From Candidatus Electronema halotolerans (GTDB lineage Bacteria; Desulfobacterota; Desulfobulbia; Desulfobulbales; Desulfobulbaceae): DNA of 32,000 nucleotides. The position numbers and the translations under genes were made by a program. Shown here in pieces: positions 1-8,937 of the stretch (its first letter is position 1; each line of letters begins with the position of its first letter). The notes under the pieces are model-generated. The model was not told where the DNA came from, did no database searches, and saw nothing but the letters and a program-made list of their open reading frames with translations. The stretch lies in the NCBI GenBank assembly GCA_942493095.1, contig OW818675.1, positions 1,950,001-1,982,000 of the forward strand, read 5' to 3'.

Positions 1-490
1 GATTAAGCACATAGCTGCCGTCAACATAGCCGACCCGGCCCGCTGCCACTGGCCCGCTCCACGGAATATCGGACAAGGACAAGGCGACAGATGCGCCGTT
101 CATGGCGAGAATGTCAGGATTAATCTCGTCTTCTGCGGAAAAGACTGTGGCGATGACTTGGGTCTCGGCCCGCCACTTTTTTGGAAAAAGAGGCCGCAGA
201 GGCCGGTCAATCAAACGGCTGGTCAAGATTTCTTTTTCAGAAGGACGGCCAATTTCGCGGCGGAAGTAGTTGCCTGGAATCCGGCCCGCAGCGTAAAGCC
301 GCTCCTGATATTCTATGGTCAAAGGCATGAAGCCAATGTCATCTTTTGCACTTTTCTCCGCCACTGCTGTGACCAGAACTATCGTGTCTCCGCAGGAAAC
401 TGTCACCGAACCGCTGGCCTGCTTGGCCATCTTGCCTGTTTCAAACACTATGCTGCGATCACCGAGTGCGACTTCAAACCTTTTGTACAT
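1..490 (-). CDS. pnp: Polyribonucleotide nucleotidyltransferase (PNPase), N-terminal part; gene runs off the left edge
   Basis: Manual minus-strand translation from ATG at 490: [43 protein letters not shown]...[27 protein letters not shown], which is the conserved PNPase N-terminus. An SD-like aggag lies upstream, and it is downstream of rpsO as expected. Confidence 0.96.
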   Translation of the reverse strand, partial: MYKRFEVALGDRSIVFETGKMAKQASGSVTVSCGDTIVLVTAVAEKSAKDDIGFMPLTIEYQERLYAAGRIPGNYFRREIGRPSEKEILTSRLIDRPLRPLFPKKWRAETQVIATVFSAEDEINPDILAMNGASVALSLSDIPWSGPVAAGRVGYVDGSYVLN

Positions 491-608
491 GCAAACTCCT
501 CTGCGTGCAAGTCCCGGACATATCAGGCCGGGTGTTCTTTCGTTATGCAATCAAATTCATGCCGCCATTTCATCCGAAAAGCAAGAAATGGCGGCTTATC
601 TACTGTTA

Positions 609-1115
609 TTATGATGGTTTAATACTTTCAAATACCTTCGATGCCTTATTGACAGCATAAGGTGCAAACAAAGTAAGGCCAGCGGTCAAAAAAGTGACAA
701 CTTTATCGGCATCTTCTCCAAGTTCTCCACTTACAGCAAATCTGTAAAGAGCGAAGGTGCCAAAGCCAATAAAAAGCACCAGAATAGCGATCATGCCCAT
801 AAATGCAACAAGTCTGCTTGAACTTGCCCGCATTTCTACAATCTTTTCTTTATTTTCGCTATCTTTATTTGTCACCTCAACCGGTTCTGACAAAGCATCA
901 GAAAGAGACCACTCTGACTTGCCAGAGGCAAGAGCATTCTTTATATTTCTTAGGGTATAAAACAAAACAAAAAGAAAAAATACAATAACGCCATAGACAA
1001 AAAATGAATCTGGCGCATTAGCCGCTTTGCTCTGAGCAAAAGCAGGGGGTGAAAAGAGAAGAACTGAAAGAGCAGCGGCTTGAACAGAATAGAAAAAATT
1101 CCGGGATTGCATCAT
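609..1115 (-). CDS. Hypothetical membrane protein (168 aa) with N-terminal signal/TM and further hydrophobic segments
   Basis: ORF with strong SD (aaaaaaggagga) just upstream; hydrophobic segments FFVYGVIVFFLFVLFYTL and LVAFMGMIAILVLFIGFGTFALY; co-directional between rpsO and pnp. Confidence 0.7.
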   Translation of the reverse strand: MMQSRNFFYSVQAAALSVLLFSPPAFAQSKAANAPDSFFVYGVIVFFLFVLFYTLRNIKNALASGKSEWSLSDALSEPVEVTNKDSENKEKIVEMRASSSRLVAFMGMIAILVLFIGFGTFALYRFAVSGELGEDADKVVTFLTAGLTLFAPYAVNKASKVFESIKPS

Positions 1116-1146
1116 GTCCTCCTTTTTTAAGTATGAGATAATGAAT

Positions 1147-1180
1147 TTCCTGCCATGCTACAGAACGTGCATGGCAGGAA
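1147..1180 (-). terminator. Perfect 12-bp inverted repeat between rpsO and the membrane-protein gene (attenuator, terminator or RNase III processing hairpin)
   Basis: TTCCTGCCATGC (1147-1158), 10-nt loop, GCATGGCAGGAA (1169-1180); only a weak U-tract follows. Confidence 0.5.
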
Positions 1181-1193
1181 GTGCAGTGATGCC

Positions 1194-1463
1194 TTACTTT
1201 CTGATGCCCAAGGCCTGAATCAGGGTCCGATACCGGTTGATATCCTTCTTTTTCAGATAATTGAGCAGGCTGCGCCGGTGTCCGACCAGCTTGAGCAGGC
1301 CCCGCCGGGAATGATGATCCTTGGCATGGGTCTGGAAATGTTCGGTCAGATAGGTGATCCGGTCGGAAATCAGGGCAATCTGCACCTCCGGCGAGCCGGT
1401 GTCGTTCTCATGGGTGGCAAATTTGCTGATGATTTCCATCTTCTTTACTGTAGTCTGCACCAT
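1194..1463 (-). CDS. rpsO: 30S ribosomal protein S15
   Basis: [67 protein letters not shown] is diagnostic of S15. Confidence 0.98.
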   Translation of the reverse strand: MVQTTVKKMEIISKFATHENDTGSPEVQIALISDRITYLTEHFQTHAKDHHSRRGLLKLVGHRRSLLNYLKKKDINRYRTLIQALGIRK

Positions 1464-1621
1464 TTTGGCCTCCGAAAATCTGTTCCTTCTGCTGTCGGCA
1501 AAGCCTGCTTTTCCTCAGCCTCGCCGGAGTCTGGATACGCTTGCCTTCAATTTCCTGTCCGAGGAATGAGACAGAAACGGCAAGGACTGCTCCGCCCGCT
1601 GCGGAGCAGCCTGTATTTCAT

Positions 1622-2368
1622 TCATGCAGATGCGCTGCTGCTCAAGGCCTGCTCCACAGTCAGCATCTTCTGATGCAGGGCGGCACGGGCGGCCTCGCGG
1701 TCATCAGCAAAGAGCAGGCTGCCATCAACAGCCTCTTCCACTACAAAGCCGCCGCTCCGGGTGCGGCGCAGCGCGGTCAGATACGCACCACAGCCGATTT
1801 TGCTGCCGATGTCTGCGGCCAGCACCCGGATGTAAGTACCCCGGCTGCACGACACCGTGCAGGCAAGGCGGGCTGTTTCTTCAGCATACTGCCTCAGCTC
1901 CAAGCTGTAAATCTCAATCTGCTTGGCTTCCTTTTCAATGATGATGCCTTGGCGGGCATAGTCATACAAGGGTCGGCCCTGATGCTTGGCAGCAGAATAG
2001 GCGGGCGGAGCCTGCAGCTGCGGCCCGACAAAATTGCCCAGCAGGGCGGCGAGTTCTGCCTCAGTCAGCTTTGGCACTGGCCTGACCGCTGTCACCTGCC
2101 CTTCCGGGTCCAGCGTCGTTGTTTCTTGGCCGAGCTGAATGACCGCCTCGTAAGTTTTCCGGCCTGCCATGAACTGGTCAATGTGCTTGGTCGCAGGCCG
2201 TCCGATGCAAAGAATGAGCAGGCCGCTGGCAAAAGGGTCCAACGTGCCTGCATGACCAATCTTTTTAATTTCCAGCAGCCGCCGCAGCCGCTGCACCACT
2301 GCAAAGGAGGTTGGCCCGGCAGGCTTGTCAACCAGCACTGCTCCGGCCTCTGCGTCTGCCAGATTCAC
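1622..2368 (-). CDS. truB: tRNA pseudouridine(55) synthase TruB
   Basis: VDKPAGPTSFAVVQRLRRLLEIKKIGHAGTLDPFASGLLILCIGRPATK contains the catalytic GHAGTLDPxAxGLL motif. Confidence 0.96.
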   Translation of the reverse strand: MNLADAEAGAVLVDKPAGPTSFAVVQRLRRLLEIKKIGHAGTLDPFASGLLILCIGRPATKHIDQFMAGRKTYEAVIQLGQETTTLDPEGQVTAVRPVPKLTEAELAALLGNFVGPQLQAPPAYSAAKHQGRPLYDYARQGIIIEKEAKQIEIYSLELRQYAEETARLACTVSCSRGTYIRVLAADIGSKIGCGAYLTALRRTRSGGFVVEEAVDGSLLFADDREAARAALHQKMLTVEQALSSSASA

Positions 2369-3429
2369 CCTGCTCCGCCTGCCGCCTGCAACGCTTCTTC
2401 CAGCACCGGCATCAGCACGGCCTGCATCTGCTCCAAGCTGAGATCATGGAGCCGGAAGCCAGCTGCGTTCCGATGTCCGCCGCCGCCAAACTGGGCCGCC
2501 ACCTTGGCCACATCGCAGTCGCCTTTGGCCCGCAGACTGACCGATATTTCCCGGTTCTCCTTCTCCTTGAGCAGCACGGCGACCCGCACCGTGCCCACGG
2601 AGCGGGGAAAATTGATCAGGCTGTCGCAGTCCTCGTAAGTGGTGCCGGTTGTCTGCAGCATCTTCTGGGAAACCTGCATCATGGCAACCTGATCATCACG
2701 GAAGGTCTGAAGCGTGGCCAAGACTAATTGCAGGAGCTGAAGACTGCCAAAGGTGGCCTGAGCATAGAGTTGCTCGCTGATTTCGGCAGGCTTGGCCCCC
2801 CGTTCCATGAGCCGGGCTGCCACGGCAAAGGTGTGGCTGGAGACAGCATCGTACTGAAAGGAGCCAGTGTCGGTGACAAGGGCTGTGTAGAGGCATTTGG
2901 CCGCTGCCGGGGAAACGCTTTCGGCCAAGCCCATGTCTGCGGCCAGATCATAGACCATTTCCCCAGTTGAGGAACGGTGCGGTTCAATCCAGTGCAAGTC
3001 GCCAAAGCCGTCATTGCTCTGATGGTGATCGATCACGGCAAACGGCCTGATTTTCCGCAGGGCCTCCCCGTTCTTGCCCAATCTGCTCAAGTCGCCGCAG
3101 TCAAGGCAGATGCCCATGATGTTCTGGCCGCATTCCTGAACAAAGGCGGCAACCTGCCCGATGTCAGTCTCAATCCGCAGCAGATCATGGACGCGAAATG
3201 CCGCCGCCTTTCTGAGATCGGTTTTACGCCGCAGCATGTCCTTGACAAGGAACTGGCCCAGTGTTCCGAGCGGCTCCTCAAAATAACAGAGCACCTGCCT
3301 GCCAGTCATGCTGAGAATGTCAGCCAGCCCCAGCGTGGCCCCCAGCGCGTCGCCGTCAGGCCGGACATGCGTAGCCAAGACAATATTCTGCGCTTGTTCA
3401 ATCGCCTGACGTATTCTCGTTCTCTTCAC
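2365..3429 (-). CDS. nrnA: DHH-family phosphoesterase (NrnA-like oligoribonuclease/pAp phosphatase)
   Basis: HVRPDGDALGATLGLADIL, LDCGDLSRLG, VIDHHQSN and GGGGHRNAAGF motifs of DHH/DHHA1. The track ORF starts at 3513, but homology starts near GTG at 3429 (VKRTRIRQAIEQAQNIVLATH). Confidence 0.88.
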   Translation of the reverse strand: MKRTRIRQAIEQAQNIVLATHVRPDGDALGATLGLADILSMTGRQVLCYFEEPLGTLGQFLVKDMLRRKTDLRKAAAFRVHDLLRIETDIGQVAAFVQECGQNIMGICLDCGDLSRLGKNGEALRKIRPFAVIDHHQSNDGFGDLHWIEPHRSSTGEMVYDLAADMGLAESVSPAAAKCLYTALVTDTGSFQYDAVSSHTFAVAARLMERGAKPAEISEQLYAQATFGSLQLLQLVLATLQTFRDDQVAMMQVSQKMLQTTGTTYEDCDSLINFPRSVGTVRVAVLLKEKENREISVSLRAKGDCDVAKVAAQFGGGGHRNAAGFRLHDLSLEQMQAVLMPVLEEALQAAGGAG

Positions 3430-3829
3430 TGTCCCTGTCTTCCACAGCTCGTTCCTTATTGATTTGGGTGAAGAGCCGTTCCAGCCGTTCCAGCTCCTCG
3501 CTCTGCCGGTCATGAAAAAAAAGCAGTTCCGGCGTGCAGCGCAGATTGAGCGTCCGAGCCAAATGAGAGCGGAAAAAGCCGCCCGCCCGCCGCATGGCTT
3601 TCAGAGCTTGGCCGGGATCAGCTCCTGCCTCAGCTGCAAACCAGATTTTGGCCTGCTTGAGATCAGGACTTATCTGCACCTTGGAAATGGACACCCCCCG
3701 GAGCCGGGCATCCCGCGCCTTCTGGCGGAGCAGAATGGATAGCTCCTGAAAGACTGCTTCAGCCACCCGTTCAGGTCGGGAGCTTTTGGGCCGTCCCAGT
3801 CCGGGCAGGGTGAAATCAAACTTGTCCAT
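3398..3829 (-). CDS. rbfA: Ribosome-binding factor A
   Basis: RPERVAEAVFQELSILLRQKARDARLRGVSISKVQISPDLKQAKIWF...LRCTPELLFFHDRQSEELERLERLF; conserved position after infB. Confidence 0.93.
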   Translation of the reverse strand: MDKFDFTLPGLGRPKSSRPERVAEAVFQELSILLRQKARDARLRGVSISKVQISPDLKQAKIWFAAEAGADPGQALKAMRRAGGFFRSHLARTLNLRCTPELLFFHDRQSEELERLERLFTQINKERAVEDRDSEENENTSGD

Positions 3830-3838
3830 GCCAGTATT

Positions 3839-6451
3839 CTACAGCGTGGCCGCCACTTGATCGACGAAAAATGCTTCCAAGCTGTCGCCGATTTTGAGGT
3901 CATTGTATTTTTCCACGCCAATGCCGCATTCATAGCCGCTGGCAACCTCTTTGACATCGTCTTTGAAGCGGCGCAAGGAGCTGATCTTGCCGGTGTAGAT
4001 GACCACCGACTCGCGCAGTACCCGGACATGGGCGTTGCGCTCAATCTTGCCCTCACTGACCATGCAGCCAGCAATAGTGCCAATCTTGGGCACAGAGAAG
4101 GTATCGCGCACTTCTGCCGAGCCGATCACCCGCTCGCGCAGCTCCGGCTCAAGCATTCCAGCCATTGCCTTTTCAATGTCCTCAAGGGCATGATAGATGA
4201 CATCATAGGTGCGGATATCCACGCCCTCGCGTTCAGCCAGCTCCTTGATTTTGGCCGCAGGCCGGACATTGAAGCCGATGATCACCGCATCTGAGGCGGA
4301 AGCGAGAAGAATGTCGTTCTCCGTGATCGCGCCCGCGCCCTCGTGCAGAATCCGCACTCTGACCTCGTCGGTGGAGAGATTTTCCGCCGCCTGGCCAAAG
4401 GCCTGCAAGGTGCCCTGCACATCAGCCCGCAGCACCACCCGCAGCTCCTTCATCTTCTGCTCGGCCATCTTTTCAAAGAGATTGCCAAGCGAAACCTTGG
4501 ATGCCGAAGCCAGTTCAACTTCGCGGCTCTTGAGCTGACGGGAGTCAGAAACCGCCTTGGCCATCTTCTCATCCTTGACCACCATGAACTCGTCGCCAGC
4601 CTGCGGCACCCCGGACAAGCCCTGCACCTCGACCGGAATCGACGGCCTGGCCTCAGTCACCAGCTCGCCCCGGTCATTCATCAGGCTGCGCACCTTGCCG
4701 CTGAACTGACCGGCAATGAACCACTCACCTGCCCGCAGGGTGCCTTCCTGAACCAGCACTGTGGCCACTGGCCCCCGGCCCTTGTGGAGCTGGGCCTCAA
4801 TGACCGTGCCCCGCGCCTTCCGGTTGGGGTCAGCGGACAGCTCGAGAATTTCCGCCTGGAGCTGAATGCTTTCCAGCAGCTCGGCAATGCCGATGCCCTT
4901 TTTGGCCGAGGTCTCGCAGAACATGGTGCTGCCGCCCCAAGCCTCCGGGAGCAGGTTGAACTCGCCCAGCTCGCGCATCACCCTGGTTGAATCCGCGCCG
5001 TCCTTGTCGATTTTGTTGATCGCCACCACAATCGGCACTTCAGCAGCTTTGGCATGGGCAATGGCCTCCTTGGTCTGCTCCATGACTCCGTCATCCGCAG
5101 CCACGACCAGCACGACAATGTCCGTGACCTTGGCCCCGCGTGAGCGCATCTCGGTGAAGGCGGCATGGCCGGGCGTGTCAACAAAGGTGATGTCGCCGGA
5201 CGGGGCCTGCACATGATAGGCACCGATGTGCTGGGTGATGCCGCCCGCTTCGCCCGCAGCCACGTCAGTGCGGCGGATTGCGTCGAGAATTGAGGTCTTG
5301 CCGTGATCAACATGGCCCATGACCGTGACCACTGGGAAGCGCGGCTTTTTCTCGCCGCCCCGTTCTTCCTCCTGAAGGGCCTCAACGCCCAGTTCCTCGG
5401 TCATGCCCTGTTCGATCTCGTAGCCAAAATCCGAGGCCACCAGTGAGGCGGTGTCAACATCCAAGGACTGATTAAGGGTGGCCAGCACGCCGAGTCCCAT
5501 CAGCTTGCTGATGATCTCGCCCGCCTTGACTCCCATCCGCTTGGCCAAATCACCAACCGTGATGGTCTCAAAAACCGTGATCCGCCGCTTGATGGCCTTG
5601 CTTTCCGTGATCGGAGTGGAAGCGATTTTTTTGCGCCGCTTGTCCCTCCTGCCGCGTCCGCGCATGGACTGCGCCAGCTCCTCGCCAGTGTTGGAGAAGC
5701 CGGTTGACTGCCGCCCCTTGCTCCGTCCGCCTTTGCCGCCTTTTTTCCGGCTGTCATCAGCAGCATTGCCGACCGCGACCACCCGTTTGCCTTTTTTCCG
5801 GCCTCTGCCATCGCCAGTGTTTGGCATCGCAGCCGCAGCATCAGACAGATTGCGGCCAGTCTGCGGTCGGGGACCAGTCCGGCTTGGCTTTCTTGGTTCC
5901 GGCACAGAAGAAGGCGCAACCGGAATATTAACTTGGCCGACTATTCTGGCCAGCCCTTTGGGGCGGCGCGGCTCCCGATTGCCGCCAGTCTTGTCAGCCG
6001 GCTGCCCGCCTGATTTCGCCTCCTTGCCGCCGGTCTTGTCAGCAGGGACATTTTTTTTGACCTCTGCCGGAGGAGCATCGGTCTTTTCCGCCTGCGGCTG
6101 CTCAGAATGCCCTTTTTCAGCTTCTCTTTTCAATCTGGCCTGTTCGGCGGCAGCTTTGGCTGCCTCCTCCTTCCTGGCAATTTTCTCCTTCTGGTCCCTG
6201 GATCTGCGCCGGACCACTGCCGCCGCTCTGTCAGGCATCTCAGCACCTCTGTCTTTGATTTCTATTGGCCTGCCCGTGATTTCGGCAGCAGCCTTGCTCA
6301 ACACTTTACGACGTATTTCCGCAGCCATCTCGCTGTCAATGGTTGAACTGGGACTTTTGACCGGGTAGCCCATTGCCGCCAGCCTGTCTGCCAAGTCTTT
6401 GCTCTTGAGACCGGCCTCTTTGGCCAGATCGTAAATCCGGATCCTGCTCAT
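3839..6451 (-). CDS. infB: Translation initiation factor IF-2
   Basis: 870 aa; VTVMGHVDHGKTSILDAIR, DTPGHAAF and NKIDKDGAD GTPase motifs; charged, Lys/Ala-rich N-terminal extension with IF2_N domain. Confidence 0.98.
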   Translation of the reverse strand: MSRIRIYDLAKEAGLKSKDLADRLAAMGYPVKSPSSTIDSEMAAEIRRKVLSKAAAEITGRPIEIKDRGAEMPDRAAAVVRRRSRDQKEKIARKEEAAKAAAEQARLKREAEKGHSEQPQAEKTDAPPAEVKKNVPADKTGGKEAKSGGQPADKTGGNREPRRPKGLARIVGQVNIPVAPSSVPEPRKPSRTGPRPQTGRNLSDAAAAMPNTGDGRGRKKGKRVVAVGNAADDSRKKGGKGGRSKGRQSTGFSNTGEELAQSMRGRGRRDKRRKKIASTPITESKAIKRRITVFETITVGDLAKRMGVKAGEIISKLMGLGVLATLNQSLDVDTASLVASDFGYEIEQGMTEELGVEALQEEERGGEKKPRFPVVTVMGHVDHGKTSILDAIRRTDVAAGEAGGITQHIGAYHVQAPSGDITFVDTPGHAAFTEMRSRGAKVTDIVVLVVAADDGVMEQTKEAIAHAKAAEVPIVVAINKIDKDGADSTRVMRELGEFNLLPEAWGGSTMFCETSAKKGIGIAELLESIQLQAEILELSADPNRKARGTVIEAQLHKGRGPVATVLVQEGTLRAGEWFIAGQFSGKVRSLMNDRGELVTEARPSIPVEVQGLSGVPQAGDEFMVVKDEKMAKAVSDSRQLKSREVELASASKVSLGNLFEKMAEQKMKELRVVLRADVQGTLQAFGQAAENLSTDEVRVRILHEGAGAITENDILLASASDAVIIGFNVRPAAKIKELAEREGVDIRTYDVIYHALEDIEKAMAGMLEPELRERVIGSAEVRDTFSVPKIGTIAGCMVSEGKIERNAHVRVLRESVVIYTGKISSLRRFKDDVKEVASGYECGIGVEKYNDLKIGDSLEAFFVDQVAATL

Positions 6452-6493
6452 CAGTTGCTCCCGTAAACCTTTCCTGCCGCTGCCTGCGGCGGC

Positions 6494-6715
6494 TTAAAGA
6501 CGAAAGGCCCGCTTCAAGCCTTTTTTGTTCTTTTCCAGCCGCATGCGGCATTGCTCATTCTTGCAGCAGTAAACACCTCTCCCAGGCAGGCCCTCACCGC
6601 TGTCCTCTCTCACCACGCCGTTGGCCAGCACCAGCCGTGTCAGCTCCGAGGCAGGCTTTTTCTGACCGCAGCCTTTGCAGGTGCGGATCGGAACATGCCC
6701 TCTGCTCATTGGCAC
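6494..6715 (-). CDS. ylxR: YlxR family (DUF448) nucleic-acid binding protein
   Basis: GHVPIRTCKGCGQKKPASELTRLVL...GRGVYCC motif; located between nusA and infB. Confidence 0.88.
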   Translation of the reverse strand: MPMSRGHVPIRTCKGCGQKKPASELTRLVLANGVVREDSGEGLPGRGVYCCKNEQCRMRLEKNKKGLKRAFRL

Positions 6716-6717
6716 TG

Positions 6718-8043
6718 TCAGGCCTCTGCTTCGTCCGCGCCGCTGTCCTGCGGCATGGTGGTGAATAGCTGCTCATCCTCTTTGGCAGTGTCGGCGGCCT
6801 GCAGCTTGAGCAAGGCGGCCTGATCCTCATCCACCTCAGCAAACTGACTGATGTCAGCAAGCGAGGCAGCGGCAAGCTGTTCCGCTGAAGCAATGCCTGC
6901 CCGGCTCAAGTTCTCTGCCTCCTCCTCAGTCAAGCCGTTCTCAGTCAGGAACCGCATCCACTCAGGATCAATTGCCTCCTCATCCACCGGGATATCCGCC
7001 TCAGCAGCCTGCTGCTCGTTTTTGACATCAATCCGCCAGCCCACCAATTTGGAGGCAAGACGCACATTCTGGCCTTGACGGCCAATGGCCAAAGAAAGCT
7101 GATCATCAGGGACCATGACCAGCAGGGAATGCAGGTCCTCATCGACCACCACAGTGCTGACCACTGCCGGGGCCAAGGCATTGCAGACATATTTGGCCGG
7201 ATCAGGACTCCACGGGACAATGTCAATCCGCTCGCCCTGCAATTCCTGGACCACATTCTGCACCCGCGCCCCTTTCACACCCACGCAGGCGCCGACCGGG
7301 TCCACATCCGACTCAGTCGAGGTGACGGCGATTTTGGCCCGAAAGCCTGGCTCACGGGCCGCACCCATAATTTTGACAATGCCTTCGGCAATCTCCGGCA
7401 CTTCCATGTCAAAAAGACTGATCAGAAATTCGTTGCAGGTGCGGCTGAGAACAAGCTGCGAGTCGCGGCTTTCCTGACGCACCTCTTGGAGATAGGCCCG
7501 GATGCGGTCGCCCTGCTTGTAGGAGCGTTTGGGTATCTGGCCCTCGCGGGGCAGGACCGCGTCAGTGCGGCCTAAGTTGACAATCATCGCCCCCCGTTCA
7601 AAACGCTGGACTATGCCATTGACCACTGTGCCTTCCCGGTCGCGGAACATGTCGAAAATCACTTCCCGCTCCGCGTCCCGCATCCGATGGATGATCACCT
7701 GCTTGGCTGACTGAGCCGCGATCCGGCCCAGCTCGGAGACGCTCTCCATCTTCTCGCCCAGATCCTCTTCCAGCTCAATGTCCGGGACCAGCTTGCGGGC
7801 CTCGTCAACATGAACTTCGGTCTCCTCATCCCAGACATCGTCAACCACGGTGCGGTAGCGAAAAATCTCCACCTCGCCCAGCTCTTCGTTGAACTGCACC
7901 TCCACATCCCGCTTGCCGCCGTATTTTTTCCGCACTGCCGAGCGCACCGCCTCCTCAATCGCCTCCACCATCAGCGCGCGGTCTATGCCCTTGTCCCGGC
8001 AGATTTGATCAAGTATCCGTTTTAAATTCTCTCCACCTGACAT
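6718..8043 (-). CDS. nusA: Transcription termination/antitermination protein NusA
   Basis: 441 aa; S1/KH signatures VGVKGARVQNVVQELQGERIDIVPWSPDPAKYVCNALAPA and LAIGRQGQNVRLASKLVGWRIDVK. Confidence 0.97.
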   Translation of the reverse strand: MSGGENLKRILDQICRDKGIDRALMVEAIEEAVRSAVRKKYGGKRDVEVQFNEELGEVEIFRYRTVVDDVWDEETEVHVDEARKLVPDIELEEDLGEKMESVSELGRIAAQSAKQVIIHRMRDAEREVIFDMFRDREGTVVNGIVQRFERGAMIVNLGRTDAVLPREGQIPKRSYKQGDRIRAYLQEVRQESRDSQLVLSRTCNEFLISLFDMEVPEIAEGIVKIMGAAREPGFRAKIAVTSTESDVDPVGACVGVKGARVQNVVQELQGERIDIVPWSPDPAKYVCNALAPAVVSTVVVDEDLHSLLVMVPDDQLSLAIGRQGQNVRLASKLVGWRIDVKNEQQAAEADIPVDEEAIDPEWMRFLTENGLTEEEAENLSRAGIASAEQLAAASLADISQFAEVDEDQAALLKLQAADTAKEDEQLFTTMPQDSGADEAEA

Positions 8044-8099
8044 GCTTTCTCTCTCCTCCGGTGCGCCGTTGTTTGGCAGCAGCCTCGGTTTCCTATATT

Positions 8100-8591
8100 C
8101 TACAGGCTCAGACGGGCTTTCGCCACTGCATCGAGCGCAAAGGTCATCGGCCCGGCCTGGTCCGCATCCAGAATGATCCGCCTGTGTTCCGCATCCGCCG
8201 CTGTCAGCGTGCCGGAAAAGACATATTCGCCGTTGACTGGCTCCTTGAGTTTGATTCTGACCCGGCGGCCCGCAAAACGGACAAAATCCTCCAACCGCTT
8301 CAGGGGCCGTTCCGCTCCGGGCGACGAGACTTCCAAGGTGTAGGCATGGCTGATCAGGTCTTCCGCCTCCAGACAGGCACTGACCTGCCTGCTCACCGAC
8401 GCGCAGTCATCCACGTTCACGCCGCCCTGCTCCCGGTCAATGAACAGGCGCAGGACCCAGCCCGACTCCTGCCGGAACTGCGCTTCAACCAGCTCCAGCC
8501 CCATTTCCTCGGCAATCGGGCGGGCAAACCCCTCTACCGCCTTGATGATCCGATCCGCGCTCACAGCCTCCCGCCTTTCAATTTCTTGCAA
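8100..8591 (-). CDS. rimP: Ribosome maturation factor RimP
   Basis: GLELVEAQFRQESGWVLRLFIDREQGGVNVDDCASVSRQVSACLEAEDLISHAYTLEVSSPGAERPL. Confidence 0.94.
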   Translation of the reverse strand: MQEIERREAVSADRIIKAVEGFARPIAEEMGLELVEAQFRQESGWVLRLFIDREQGGVNVDDCASVSRQVSACLEAEDLISHAYTLEVSSPGAERPLKRLEDFVRFAGRRVRIKLKEPVNGEYVFSGTLTAADAEHRRIILDADQAGPMTFALDAVAKARLSL

Positions 8592-8647
8592 AAAGACAAT
8601 AAAAAAAGCGGGCCAAGCCCACTTTCACAAAATTCCGTCAATGCGCA

Positions 8648-8671
8648 CTGTTTCTTCTTGCAAAGAAACAG
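8648..8671. other. Perfect 9-bp inverted repeat between tRNA-Gly and rimP
   Basis: CTGTTTCTT / AAGAAACAG separated by CTTGCA. Confidence 0.45.
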
Positions 8672-8695
8672 CAGGCTGACCAGCCGGACCACCTC

Positions 8696-8771
8696 TGGAG
8701 CGGGTAACGGGGTTCGAACCCGTGGCCCCAAGCTTGGGAAGCTTGTGCTCTGCCAACTGAGCTACACCCGC
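8696..8771 (-). tRNA. tRNA-Gly(CCC)
   Basis: Reverse complement GCGGGTGTAGCTCAGTTGGCAGAGCACAAGCTTCCCAAGCTTGGGGCCACGGGTTCGAACCCCGTTACCCGCTCCA folds as a cloverleaf; anticodon loop TTCCCAA; TTCGAAC T-loop; encoded CCA. Confidence 0.97.
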
Positions 8772-8803
8772 TCTGCCTGCTGTCACGCCCTGCGGACTGT
8801 GTC

Positions 8804-8832
8804 TATATAGACAATATCTTGTTTCCTGTCAA
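8804..8832 (-). promoter_or_regulatory. Sigma-70-type promoter for the tRNA-Gly/rimP-nusA-infB operon
   Basis: Minus strand TTGACA (8832-8827), 17-nt spacer, TATATA (8809-8804), 32 nt upstream of the tRNA 5' end. Confidence 0.75.
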
Positions 8833-8937
8833 GGGGCAATGCGCAAAATACGGCTGGCGCACGCAACTTGCCCTTGCAATTCCGCATCAGGTCATCTACA
8901 GTTTCTCATTCTTTTCTTTTCTGCATCCTTGCGAGCC

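Noticed and set aside
1541-2638. 365-aa plus-strand ORF
   Set aside because: Antisense to truB and nrnA; low-complexity, Cys/Pro/His-rich translation with no domain signature.
2724-3014. Alternative small minus-strand ORFs inside nrnA and other housekeeping genes
   Set aside because: Same-strand out-of-frame ORFs with no recognisable motifs; the main frame is well supported.
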